From positions 105,523,024 through 105,587,023 of the forward strand of contig NC_057718.1 of the NCBI RefSeq assembly GCF_004010195.1: DNA of 64,000 bases. The letters are read 5' to 3'. Each line of letters starts with the position of its first letter. Positions within the stretch are counted from its first letter, which is position 1. Below are positions 50,773-62,348 of the stretch, one piece after another. A program made the position numbers and the translations under genes. The stretch is from Chiloscyllium plagiosum. Its lineage: Eukaryota. The notes beneath the pieces were generated by a model that saw only the letters and a program-made list of their open reading frames with translations, ran no database searches and was not told where the DNA came from.

Positions 50773-51640
50773 ATTGCAAGAGAGAGAAAGAGAAAAAAAG
50801 AGAGAGAGAGAACCTGCACAGTTACTGCCTTTGCTGTTTGAATTCATGTATCGTTGGACATTGAAGTGCATCTGGGAAAATTAACAAACAGTGAAATTCA
50901 CAACTGATCTTGGAGGAACTGTTGGGCGAAGTTCACAGCACAGAATCACCAGCACCATTCTAATCTAGACAGAATCAGATAAGTTAATCGTTGTTTTAAG
51001 TGTGGCCTGCAGAGAATCTGCAGTAGTGTGTAGAGTGGGTTCTTTCTTGACTATATGTTTTTGGAGATTTGTCTCTTGATTAAAGCATCAGGAGGTGGAG
51101 AAGGAGTAATGGAAGAGAGGGGGAAGGACTGGAAAAGGAGTCCGGGGACTGAAAGGGAGATTTTTTGAAATTGGAGAACTCAGTGTTGAGTCCACCAGGC
51201 TGTAGACTGCCCCAGACGATGATGAGGTGTTGTTCCTCCAATTTTCAGTCTGTTTTGCAGTGGTATTGGAGGAGGCCAAGGATGGTCATGTTAGAAAGGG
51301 AGTGGGAAGGGGAATTAAAATGAGATGCTTTAATCAAGAGACAAATCTCCAAAAACATATAGTCAAGAAAGAACCCACTCTACACACTACTGCAGATTCT
51401 CTGCAGGCCACACTTAAAACAACGATTAACTTATCTGATTCTGTCTAGATTAGAATGGTGCTGGTGATTCTGTGCTGTGAACTTCGCCCAACAGTTCCTC
51501 CAAGATCAGTTGTGAATTTCACTGTTTGTTAATTTTCCCAGATGCACTTCAATGTCCAACGATACATGAATTCAAACAGCAAAGGCAGTAACTGTGCAGG
51601 TTCTCTCTCTCTCTTTTTTTCTCTTTCTCTCTCTTGCAAT
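50773..51640. repeat. Perfect 317-bp inverted repeat (50773-51089 / 51324-51640) with a 234-bp Penelope-derived spacer
   Basis: The arms read as exact reverse complements, including the (GA)n run. The ORF track also shows identical peptides on opposite strands (50566-50871 minus, 51542-51727 plus). Confidence 0.95.
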
Positions 51641-52007
51641 TCCCCCACTTATCTGCAGCTCCCCTTACACCCACCCCCAGTCCTGAAGAAGGGTTACACC
51701 CACAACGTTGCCCTCTCCACCTCCTGATACTACCTGGCTTGCTGTGTTCTTCCAACCTCCTATTGTCTACACAAACTTCTTCAGCTGAGATGTTAAGATA
51801 TTCAAACCATTGTTCATTGTTGTAAAGAAGGCATTGTGGGTGTACCTATGCCAAATGAACTGCAGTAATTCAAGAAGGCAGCTCATTGTCACTTTTTCAA
51901 GGACAACTAGATATCGGTAATAATTGTTAGCCCAGCCAGTGACTTCCACATCCCCTGATTAAATTAGAAACCCTCATTTTGACCAGTTTAACCTGAGAAT
52001 TCAAATA

Positions 52008-52205
52008 CAGGCAGTCTCTGGGTTACGAACAGGTTCTCTTCAGCAGTCAAGGTCACAAGTCGAAACACAATGCACAATTTCTGTTCATCATTACAGGAAA
52101 TGGCTGTTTGTCATGTCTTTACAATTATATCCTTGTATGGGATCGCGTTTGTAGGTAGCAGTGTTTGTAAGTCAGACATTCATAAATCGCAGATTCCCTT
52201 CAGGG
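52008..52205. mobile_element. Old Tigger-like MITE remnant
   Basis: TA-CAGGCAGTCTCTGGGTTACGAAC left end; decayed right end cataaatcgcagattcccttca. Confidence 0.45.
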
Positions 52206-52535
52206 TGAACAGATTATGCTAATTTTTAATGTTCTCTAGTTGAATGAGAGACTTTCTTGACCAACCCTATGCCCCTGTCCAATGGTTGGAAAGGAAGGAC
52301 TCTGTTACTTATAAAACTCAAACACTACATCTTTTCTTTTCAATAAATGGTTGACAAAACTCAACTTTAAGACGAAGAGTTAGTGTGAAAAGGGCCAATG
52401 TAGGGTATTTTCATGCTGGATTGGGTAGAGTATTCTGTGTTATCAAAGGAAAATTGGAACAGGACTATTTAGCCCCTCAAGCCTCACCTATCACTCAATG
52501 ACATTATCCAAGCCAATTGGCTGAAATACTGAAAG

Positions 52536-52969
52536 TCAAGATTAGAGTGGTGCTGGAAAAGCACAGCCGGTCAGGCAGCATCTGAGGAGCAGGAAAATCG
52601 ACATTTCGGGCAAAAGCCCATCATCAGGAATGAGGCTGGGAGCCTCGGGAGTGGAGAGATATATGGGAATGGGTGGGGCTGGGGAGAAGGAAACTGAGAA
52701 TGCAATAGGTGGTTGGAGGTGGTGGTGAACACCTCATCTTCCACCTTGGGACCCCTCCAACTCCAACCAGTTTCCTCATTTTCCCTCCCCCCACTTTACC
52801 CCAGTTCCAACCTTCCAGCTCAGCACCATCCTCATGACCTGTTCCACCTGTCAATCTTCCTTCCCACCTATCCGCTTCACCCTCCTCTCCAACCTATCAC
52901 CTTTATCCCCACTCTAGCACCACTCTGATCTTGACTCTAATCTCCAGCATCTGCAGTACCCATTTCTGC
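52536..52969. mobile_element. Inverted Penelope 3'/pLTR insertion with hammerhead motif (52597-52631, minus)
   Basis: Minus-strand pLTR joined to a plus-strand Penelope 3' end. Imperfect 15-bp direct repeat CTGAAATACTGAAAG (52521) / CTGAAATGCTGTAAG (52970). Confidence 0.85.
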
Positions 52970-53299
52970 CTGAAATGCTGTAAGGCCAACTGTTGTTGGA
53001 AACCAGTTCTGCAGGTCTCTGCCCTAATGTATTTACAAGCTCAGCTCAGTTTTATTCATACACACAACAAATGGCTATTGAAGGATTTACTGCAGACTGC
53101 CAGTCAAAAGTTTAAGGTTTTTTAAAAAAATTACCTTAAAGCAGAGCTGGAAGTAATGCTCTAAAGGTCATAAACATTTGGGTAAGAATTCAAGAACACT
53201 GTTATCCCAATCCCTGATTCCCGCCTACGTGCCAAATCCAAACACCCTGTTCTTTGGTTGACGTCTAAACTAACCCAATCCAGTGCAGCTCACAGCAAT

Positions 53300-54045
53300 A
53301 GAATGAAACAGAGAATATGAGAGAGAGAAAGAGAAAAAACACTGGGGGGCAGAGGGACAGAACATGAGAGAGATTGGAAGAACATGAGTGAGAGAGAGGG
53401 AGAGGACGAACACGATTGGGGGGAGGATGAACACAAGAGGGTCAGGGAGAGACTACAGGAGTGGGGGTGTGGAAACACAACACAGAAGGGGAAAAANNNN
53501 NNNNNNNNNNNNNNNNNNNNNNNNNNNNNNNNNNNNNNNNNNNNNNNNNNNNNNNNNNNNNNNNNNNNNNNNNNNNNNNNNNNNNNNNNNNNNNNNNNGG
53601 GAGGCAGGGACCACGAGAGAGAGAGAGAGAGAAAACAGGAAAGAGGGGGAGGGAGGGAACATGAGAGAGAGAGGGGAGGGAACAGGAAAGAGAGAGGGCG
53701 TGGGAACTCGAGAGGGAGCGAACACCAGAGAGGGGGAGGGAACACAAGAGAGAGGGAGGGAGGGTACAAGAGAGAGAGAGAGAGTGAGAGTGAGAGCATG
53801 TGTGTGGGGGGGGTAATAGACTGAAAGGAAACACAAGAGAGGACGTGCGTGAAAGAACGTGTGAAAGAGAGAACAGAGACAATGAGAACATGACATATAA
53901 TACAACAGAGAGAACATGACAGCAAGAATTATAACATGAGAGAGATAGAAAGGAAATGAGAATGACAGAGAGGCCACAAAATATAAGAAAGAAAGAAACA
54001 GTGATTGAAAGAGAAAAATAGAAAAGAAGTAAAAGGGAGCGCAAG
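53300..54045. repeat. GA-rich low-complexity tract containing an assembly gap (N at 53497-53598)
   Basis: Degenerate (GA)n/GGGAAC units. Confidence 0.9.
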
Positions 54046-54529
54046 GAAGAGACTTGTATTTATTGGCACTTTTTATAAACTTTGGCATCCTACAGTTAAT
54101 TAAATATTTTTATGAAGTGTGTTCACCATTATTATGTAGGAAACCTGACAACCAAATGGCACAGAGCAAGCTCCTACAAACAACAAGATAATGATCAGAT
54201 CGTCTGCTTTAGTGATGACTGTTATCATATTAAAGCCAATAGATTCATTTTGCTGGGCTCTGCAGCCATTAGATATCCGCAACATATTTCAAGTCCAATG
54301 AAATGTCTAGAGCAATGATACAGCTAACATCAAACAATGCAAAGGTCTGCTTGCTTTTTTATTCCAAACATACATTGTAGTGTAAACTGTGGAATATTTA
54401 ATATCATTTAATGGAAGTCTGTGTTTATGTTTTCTGAGTTAGTAACCTGTGGATTTTCTGTGTCTTTGAATTTAATAATTAATTCGCAGTATTTTTGTAG
54501 CCGTGGTGAATTCTTTCAAATCTATATTA

Positions 54530-55985
54530 AAATAAAACAAAGATCTGCAAATGTTGGAGATCTGAAACAATAACTGAAATTGCTGGAGAAACTCAGCAGG
54601 TCTGGCAGCATCTGTGGGAAGAAAGCAGTGCTAACCACTGAGCCATCAGGCAGCACAATGACTCAGTGATTAGCACTGTTGCCTCACAGTGCCAGGGACC
54701 CTGGCTCAATTCCAGCCTCGGGCAACTGTGTGGAGTTTGCACGTGTCTGCGTGGTTTTGCTCTGGGTGCTCCGGTTTCCTCCCACAGTCCAAAGGTGTGC
54801 AGGTCAGGTGAATTGGCCATGCTAAATTGCCCATATTGCTAGGTGCATTAGTAAGAAGGAAATGGGTCTGGGTAGTTTACTCGTCTGAGGGCCAGTGTGG
54901 ACTTGCTGGGTGAAAGGGTCTGTTCCCGTACTGTAGGGAATTTAATCTAATCTAATCTTAACTGTTTAGTTAACTAGTTCTGAGTTCAGTGACTCTTCAT
55001 CAGAACTGTAAGTAGCTCGAGAAACTTTGGGCAGGAGGCAATGTTTGAGTGGAGAGGTGGAGATGGGGTCCAGAAAGACAGAAACATGGAAAGGCTAGGT
55101 TAACAAGCAAAGTACAGACAGCAGGTCAGGACAGAAGAACAACTGAATAAGGGATAATGGGTGACTGTGCTAAAAGAAATCAATCTCATAACAGGACCAG
55201 GTGTGGGGTTGAGTAAAAACATGGAAGGAGAGAATCAGGCTGTAAAGTTATCGATATTGAGTCCTCGAGGCTAGAGGGTCCCCAAGCAGAAAATGAGATG
55301 CTGTCCTTCAAGCCTGAGCCAAGGTTCGCTGAATCACTGCAGCAAACCTGTGACAGAAATGCTGGTATAGGAACATGGTGTGTTGGAGTGGCAGCAAATT
55401 GGAAGCTCAGGGACATTCTTGCAAGCAGTCACACAGTCTGCATTTCATCTCCCAAATGTAGAGGAGACCACATTGTGAACAGTGAATACAGTAGACTGGA
55501 CTGAATGAAGTGCTGGTAAATCACTGCTTCACCTGGAAGGTAGTCTACAGCCTTAGATGGTAATGAACAAGGAGGTAAATGACACCTTCTGTAATTGCAT
55601 GGCAAGGTGTCATGAGAGTGTGAGGAGATGTTGGGAAAGGAGGAGGAATGTACCAGAGGCTCATGGAGGAAACTGTCCCTGTGGAATGGTGACAACGGAG
55701 GGGAGGGGAATATTTGTCTGCTTGTGGACATCCTTTTGAGGGCAATAGAATATGCAGCTTACAATCCTTACAATGCAGAGCCTGATGGGATGGTAAGTGA
55801 GGACCAGAACATCATACTTTTGGGAAGGGAAGTGCAGGAGATGGGTCAGGCATGGCTAAGGGCCCTGTCGACCACAGTTGCAGGGCATCCATGTTTAAAG
55901 ATTGGATGGACCTTTTTGAGGCCCCCCTGCAGAAGGCTGCCTCATCAGAACAGATATGGCAGAGTTGGAGAAACTGGGAGAAACA
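54530..55985 (-). mobile_element. Old Penelope-like element with a nested V-SINE (about 54649-54957, plus)
   Basis: IFPSPPLSPFHRDSFLHEPLVHSS matches the Penelope ORF at 924-1697. pLTR end at 54540-54620. The SINE has a B-box-like GGCTCAATTCC and (AATCT)n tail. Confidence 0.8.
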
Positions 55986-56800
55986 AGGATAGAGAAATAA
56001 GGGAAATTATTCCTTACTATTGCTTATGTTCAATGTCATGCTCTGTCCTCTTTAAGTGGCATTTTTCTGAACAGCTTTTGCACTCATAAGATGAAAGACA
56101 TGAATGGCTCAGTGAAGGTGGTAGTATCAGTGTCAGCATTCTGTGCTCATGTTGATATGTTGCTTCCTCTAACCTGTGGCCGGAACCTACCTTGACTGAA
56201 ATCTTAGCATATTGGGGACTACATCTGTGACATTTTCCGGTTCCTACAAGTACCCAGTAGCCTCCTTGAGAATGTCACTTAGTGCAGAGTACTTTAGTAT
56301 GGGTTAGGGTAAATTATTGTTGGATGGGAAAATTCAAAGGATTTGAGGTAATTTTCTGTCATGGGTCCATTAGGAATTTAGGACAGTTGCCTAACATCAT
56401 TCACACAGGAACTATTAGAGTCAGTAAATGAGCAAAGGTCATCTCATTGATCTGGGCTAGATTAGATTCTAAATTTCAGCAGTGAAAGACTTGCACCTAA
56501 TCTAATTTGCTACCCAGTCCCCTTCATTACTTCTTCCTACAGTGTGATGATAAATCCAGACTTTGAATGCAGGTTTTTGCAGAACCCTGAGAAATGCAGT
56601 AATTTATAACAACATAACCAGTTTCCTGAGTTACTCAATACAAAGTTAAGAATCAGCAGCAGGACGACCATTGGGTCCCTTGACCCTATTTTGCCACACA
56701 ATAAGATCATGGCTGATCTATTTGTAAAGGATTTGTTCACTTTTCAGATTTCAATAAAGCCAGTTCCACAAGCACATCAAAACATATTGCCTTAACCAAC

Positions 56801-56931
56801 CTTGAGTTCTTCTTGTTCTGCACTGTCAACTGAGACTTTCTGGACAGCAGTAGATAGTGAATTTGCCACCTGCGGTTGAGCCTCCATGAGTTTCTTAAGC
56901 TTCATGTCAACTGATTTGCTGTTCTGAGTTC
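56801..56931 (-). CDS. EHBP1: EHBP1 internal exon, 131 nt, phase 1-0
   Basis: ctttctctcatttgttaatttag|GAACTCAG...CTCAAG|gttggt. Encodes TQNSKSVDMKLKKLMEAQPQVANSLSTAVQKVSVDSAEQEELK, close to recalled human QNSKLVDLKLKKLLEVQPQVANSPSSAAQKAVTESSEQDMK. Confidence 0.93.
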
Positions 56932-57767
56932 CTAAATTAACAAATGAGAGAAAGGTTTACAATATTAAATTCCCTATCAAAGGATACATTTTTTAAAAAG
57001 CTGTGATTTAAAAATTTGTGCTGGAAACGGACAAAAGTCAATGGATTGAAAGCAACAAAAAGGGAAAATATTAAGTTACAAACATCAACAGGCTTAGAAT
57101 ACATACCTCTCCTCCCTCAGAAACTGATAACCCATGATTGCAAGATTTCAGAATAAAAAATATACTTTCTACATTTCGTTCCCAATACTGTGACAACAAA
57201 ATTACCAAAAATTTTAGAAGTTCTCACATTCATCTCAAAATAGATAAAATGGATTTGAAGCAACGAAAAGGGAAAATACTAAGATACAAACATCAACATG
57301 GAGTTAAAACAGGTAAAAATCCACTTACTAATTACTTAAAAATTCAGTTAAAGCGGAAAATAAAGAAGCATAGCAATGACATAGCTGTAGTGCATGAATA
57401 AAACAGTAAGATTCTTATAGGCAATTATATGCAATATGTGGCGTAACAGAATATTACACTATTCGACCATCCAGAACACAATCAGATCCTATTTATGCAA
57501 TTTTTTTGCCAGCTTTTAAAAGTAAAATTTTCTCAAGCAGAACAATTATCTTAAACCTATAGTACAGACAGGTAGAAACAGTGATAACACTGAGCTTCCA
57601 CATTTACCAAGTAACACACAGTTCACTTAAAGCTCCTGATTTCCATTTAAATTAGGCAGCCACCCTTAATGTAACTGGGATGGGGTTGTGTTGGTATGTG
57701 AACAGCAGAAAGTGAAGGTTTGAGAGTTTCAGTCGAGCAATTTAAATCAAATAATTGTTAGAGGGGA

Positions 57768-58118
57768 ATCATAGAATCCATACAATGTAGAAACAGGCCC
57801 TTCGGCCCAACAAGTCCACAACGACCCTCTGAGGAGTGACCCATCCAGAACCATTCCCCCTACCATATTACTTTACATTTACCCCTGACTAATGCACGTA
57901 ACCTACACATCCCTGAACACTACGGACAATTTAGGATGGCCAATCCACCTAATCTGCACATCTTTGGATTGTGTGAGGAAACCAGAGCACCCGGAGAAAT
58001 CCCATGCAGACATGGGGAGAATGTGCAAACTCCACCCAGACAGTCACCTGAGGCTGGAATCGAACCCGTGTCCCTAACACTGTAAGACAGCAGTGCTAAC
58101 CACTGAGCCACCATGACG
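57768..58118 (-). mobile_element. tRNA-derived V-SINE (HE1-like)
   Basis: Minus strand TGGCTCAGTGG (A box), GGTTCGATTCC (B box), V-domain and CR1-type tail. Confidence 0.9.
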
Positions 58119-58605
58119 CCAAAGGAGGAGGAAAGACTGTGGGGTTTCAGGGAGTTTGATGGTGGGGACTTGGATACAGATTGGGTGCTGGGAGATCAGT
58201 GAAAGGTCTGGGGACAGATGAGGAAGAAAGATCAAGACTCTAGATAGTTTGTTAATGAGTAGTAAATATAAAAGAGATTGGTGAGATCAGGCATGACCAG
58301 AAGAAAGATGCAGAGGACAAGGAAAGAAAGTATACAGTGAAGTTGCGATGAGTCAAATTGCAAGGGGATTGCCCACAACCTTGTTTTCAGCTTAACTTCG
58401 AGATTACTGACGATGCCCCTATGTAACTTGATTTGCCTACACATGCACAGTATATCAAAAACATTAAAATACTGTGAAGCAGTAAATTTGTGATAAATTA
58501 CTATTTTCAATTTATTCACATCTTATTATGGCCTGAACTTGCGTAGTAGTTAGCTCTGGAAAACCTCAGTAAACAAATATGCTTCATGTGTTGTCTTTGG
58601 ACAAG

Positions 58606-58723
58606 CGCAGCAGGTCAGGCAGCATCCAAGGAACAGGAGAATCGACGTTTCGGGCATAAGCCCTTTTCCAGCAACACATTTTTAAGCTCTGATCTCCAGC
58701 ATCTGCAGTTCCCACTTTCTCCC
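58606..58723. mobile_element. 118-nt inverted pLTR insertion with 14-bp direct repeat
   Basis: Minus-strand then plus-strand pLTR pieces. TGTCTTTGGACAAG at 58592-58605 and 58724-58737. Confidence 0.88.
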
Positions 58724-59344
58724 TGTCTTTGGACAAGTCCAGCATGTTTTTTCTACATTGACTACATGATTTCCGCACTTGTATGTTGCTGGGCAAAATC
58801 TAAAAACTCTGGGACTTCATGCTCTCGTGTGGCCTCACTATAATCTGATTTGGTAGTGGCTGTCACAAGACAAGTTTGCACAAACCTGGCTAATCTGGAG
58901 TTACCAATCTTGTATTTTTGCTTATCATGGATATCATTTCTTTGGATTTGCAATTCTGCTGGCAGGAAAGGCTGACAACTTTAACACAACTGTAATTACA
59001 TGTTCTCCAAATATGACTCATTGCCATTTCGCTATATAATAATTAGCACCAGAAAAGGGAATTTATTGGCTAGTGAATTTGTTTTATTTACTAGCTGTAA
59101 GGAAGGTATTGTCCAAAATGATTGTTGCTAATAGTGCCACGGTGACTTCTGGAACATATATTTGTTTGAAATAATATAGTAACACTATGGAAAACTATCT
59201 CATAAGTGCATTCTCTACACTGTATCAAACCAATCCCACTCAATCCAACTGGAGTTGCATCTTCTTGTTGCAATCAAATCTTATGCAAATTCTCTCAGAA
59301 TGTGGGTTCATGTTTGTCAGGTAATGACATGGTCCTGATGTTTT

Positions 59345-61290
59345 AAGACTGCAGCAAGTGTGAGCAGACATTTATATACCAAAGCCAAAAATGTCAAGCC
59401 AAGGATGTTAAGCAGAGTATTAAGTTAAAACTAAAACATGTAACAAGGCCAAAGTCAGTGATAACTCCGAAGACTGGGATAAATTCAGAATCCAGCAAAG
59501 GAAAACAAAAAAGGTAATAAAGACAGGGAACTAGCAAGGAACATGAATACTAACAATAAGAATTTCATTAAATATATAAGGAAGAGAGAGAATGAAGTGA
59601 TAAAATTGATCTGGGAAAACAGTATGGGATCAAGGAAATGGCAGAGTAGGTAAACAAATATGCCTTGATGATGGAGGATATTTTGAACATTCTACTAATG
59701 CTAATACTAAAGAATACAGGGAGGAATTATGTAGCACCATCACCAAAGTAGTAATAGACAAGCTAATGAGCTTAAAGGCAGATAAGAACCCTAGCTCTAA
59801 AGGCTTACATCCTAGGATACTAAAAGAGGTAGCTACAGAGATAATGAATGCATTGACTGTCATTTTCCAAAACTTGGTGGATTCTGGACAAGTACCAGAG
59901 GATTGGAAAATTGCCAATGGAACACCACTATTCAAAAAGGAGGGAGGCAAAAAGCAAGTAACAGAAGAACATTAACCCCAACATCTGTTATTGGAAAAAT
60001 GTTGGAATCAGCTGTTAAGGAAATAATAGCAGAACATTAGGAAAATTATAAGCAGAGCCAGCATAGCTACATGAAAGGGAAATCATATCTGACTAATTTA
60101 TTACAACTTTTTGAGGAGGTCTCAAGGAGAGTGGACAAAAGAGAACCATTAGATGTGTTGTATTTGGACTTCCAGAAGGTGTTCAGCAAGATATCCCATG
60201 AAAGGGCTAAGTCATAAGATAAAAACCCACAGAGTTGGAGGTAGGGTTACTGGCATGAATAGAGCATGATTCATGGGTAGGAAACAATGATTAAGGTTCT
60301 TTTTCAGGTTGGCAACTCATGACCAATGGGGTTCCACAGGGATCATGCTGGAACTACAACTGTTTATAATATATTCATCACTTGGAAAAAGGAAATGAAT
60401 GCACTGTAGCCAAATTTGTGGATGACAGAAAAATAGGTAGACAGGTAGGTTGTGACAGAGATATATATAGCTTACAAAGAGATGTTGCTAGGTTAAGTAA
60501 TTAGGTTAAAAAGTTAGCAAATGCAGTGTAATGTGGGAAATTGTGAAGTTGTTCACTTTGGAAGGGAGAACAAAACAACAATATTATTTAAATGGGAAAA
60601 AGCTGTAACATAAATTATCTTGGCATACTCATACATGAAACACAAAAAACTCGCACACAGTGCAGTAGGCAATCAGGAAGACTAATGGAATGTTGGCCCT
60701 TATTTCAAGGGGGTTGGAGTATAACAATAGGGAAGTCTTACTGCAATTGTACAAGGTGCTGGTGAGACCACATCTGGAGTTCTATGAGCAATTTTGGTCC
60801 CCTTAATTAAGGAAAATTTATATTTTAGTAGAAGCAGTTCAGAGAAAGTTGATTAGGATGATATCTGGTATGGAGGGATTGTCCTATCAGCAACGGCTAA
60901 ACTGGTGTTGCAAAGAGTGAGAAGTGATCTCACTGAAATATGAAGGTGCTTGATAGGGTAATTGTTGAGAGGATGTTTCTCCTCATGGGAGAGTCTAGGA
61001 CAATGTGGCATTGTCTCAAATTAAAGGGACGCCAATTTAAGACTGAGATGAAGAGTCTCAGTGGGGTGACAGTCTTTGGAACTCCTTGCCCCCATAGCTT
61101 TCTTTGGCAGAGTCCTTGTGAATATATAAGGTTGGGATAGATTGACTCTTGATGAGTAGGGGAATCAAGAGTTACGGGGAAATTAAATAAAGTGGACCTC
61201 AGGAATGTCAGGTCAGCCATGATCCTATTGAATGGCAGAGCAAGCTCAAAGGTCTGAGCGGCCTCCTCCTGTTCCTATTGCTTATTGTCT
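59345..61290 (+). mobile_element. Old CR1 LINE ORF2/3' end
   Basis: LHPRILKEVATEIMNALTVIFQNLVDSGQVPEDWKIAN, LDFQK, DDRK and LYKVLVRPHLEF remnants with many stops. Confidence 0.9.
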
Positions 61291-61324
61291 AGGCTAAACT
61301 CCAATGTAATAATATACCTGAAAG

Positions 61325-61964
61325 TGTTGTGAAACTAAGAGTTTGCTGTAAACAAATGTGACAATTCTATGGCTTTAAGAGGTGTATTTGGTCCTTTTTT
61401 TAAAAATGAAGAAAAGCTGAGAAACGGTGCCATGCAATCTACTCCAAAGCCAATGAAGTACCAGCTTAAGATGCCTTAGGTTTTTTTTTATATAAAGTTG
61501 GACTGAAGTCAAACTCCCACAGAACCAGGATTTTTTTTCAAGTTTAGCCTTCAGTAGCAGGGGTCTAGATGTGGAACCTCTTACCCCTCTCCCAATTATA
61601 GCTAAAAGCTGGGGTTCTCTTTCTTCTGCTAGAATTGCATGAGAAACAATTTATTTTACCGAATTTGCCTTTGCCAAGGGTGTGCTCAGGGGATGCTGCT
61701 ATAGTTAATTAGCAGTAATTAATATATATTTTGTTAAGCATTTCAATAAAGTTACAGTTAAGCCAATTCTTCTCGTTTGTTTTTATTTTGTCTGTATTTT
61801 AACTATAGAATATGAATAAAGTCTATTTTGTTTCAAGCCTAGTAATTTGACCGATTGAATTGCATCCAAAACACAAGGCCTTGCATTTATCTTTAAAAAT
61901 AAGAAAAGGTTAGGTTCTAGACTATCTTAATAAATTTTGAGGGGGTTTGGTCTGGTTCATAATA
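61325..61964 (+). mobile_element. Solo LTR related to the Gypsy LTR at 37430-38084
   Basis: TGTTGTG start, AATAAA, and 3' end ttttgagggggtttggtctggttcataata versus ttttgagggtgtctggcctggtccataaca. Flanks AAAG/CAAG. Confidence 0.6.
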
Positions 61965-62246
61965 CAAGTAACAAGGCTGATCAACTGTATGATGAAAACT
62001 GTAGTTCAATTTATTACATTTTGGTAAACAGGTGAATGTGTCATGCAATGAGAAACTGAACCAAGAGTATCAGGCTTGATTGATGAAATAACATTGATGT
62101 ACATATTTTGTTCTATAGAAGCTTATACTTTGCTGCAGTCAAAGCTTTAGTCTATACTTACATATGCATTAATAGCAGAAGACAGACAGGACCAACGCAT
62201 GCAAGCATTTTATGCAGGTTAAACAGCACAACATAATTAGAATTAC

Positions 62247-62348
62247 CAAAAGAATCAAGGTCAATTTCAATGTTAGTATGTTCCTCTCCACCTCCCAAAA
62301 AAGAGCATTCAGCGCCTTCCTCATTAATATCTACCCCAATAGTATCAC
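62247..62348 (-). CDS. EHBP1: EHBP1 internal exon, 102 nt, phase 1-1, probable cassette exon
   Basis: Minus strand: ttcttgtctctacag|GTGATACT...TCTTTTG|gtaatt. Encodes (G)DTIGVDINEEGAECSFLGGGEEHTNIEIDLDSF(G), resembling the recalled human EHBP1 segment DDNIEIDTNEEIPEGFVVGGGDELTNLENDLDTP. Joins in frame to the 56931 exon. Confidence 0.88.

Noticed and set aside
53290..54088. Several 140-210 aa ORFs rich in ER or SL
   Set aside because: Translations of a GA/TC low-complexity tract plus an N gap.
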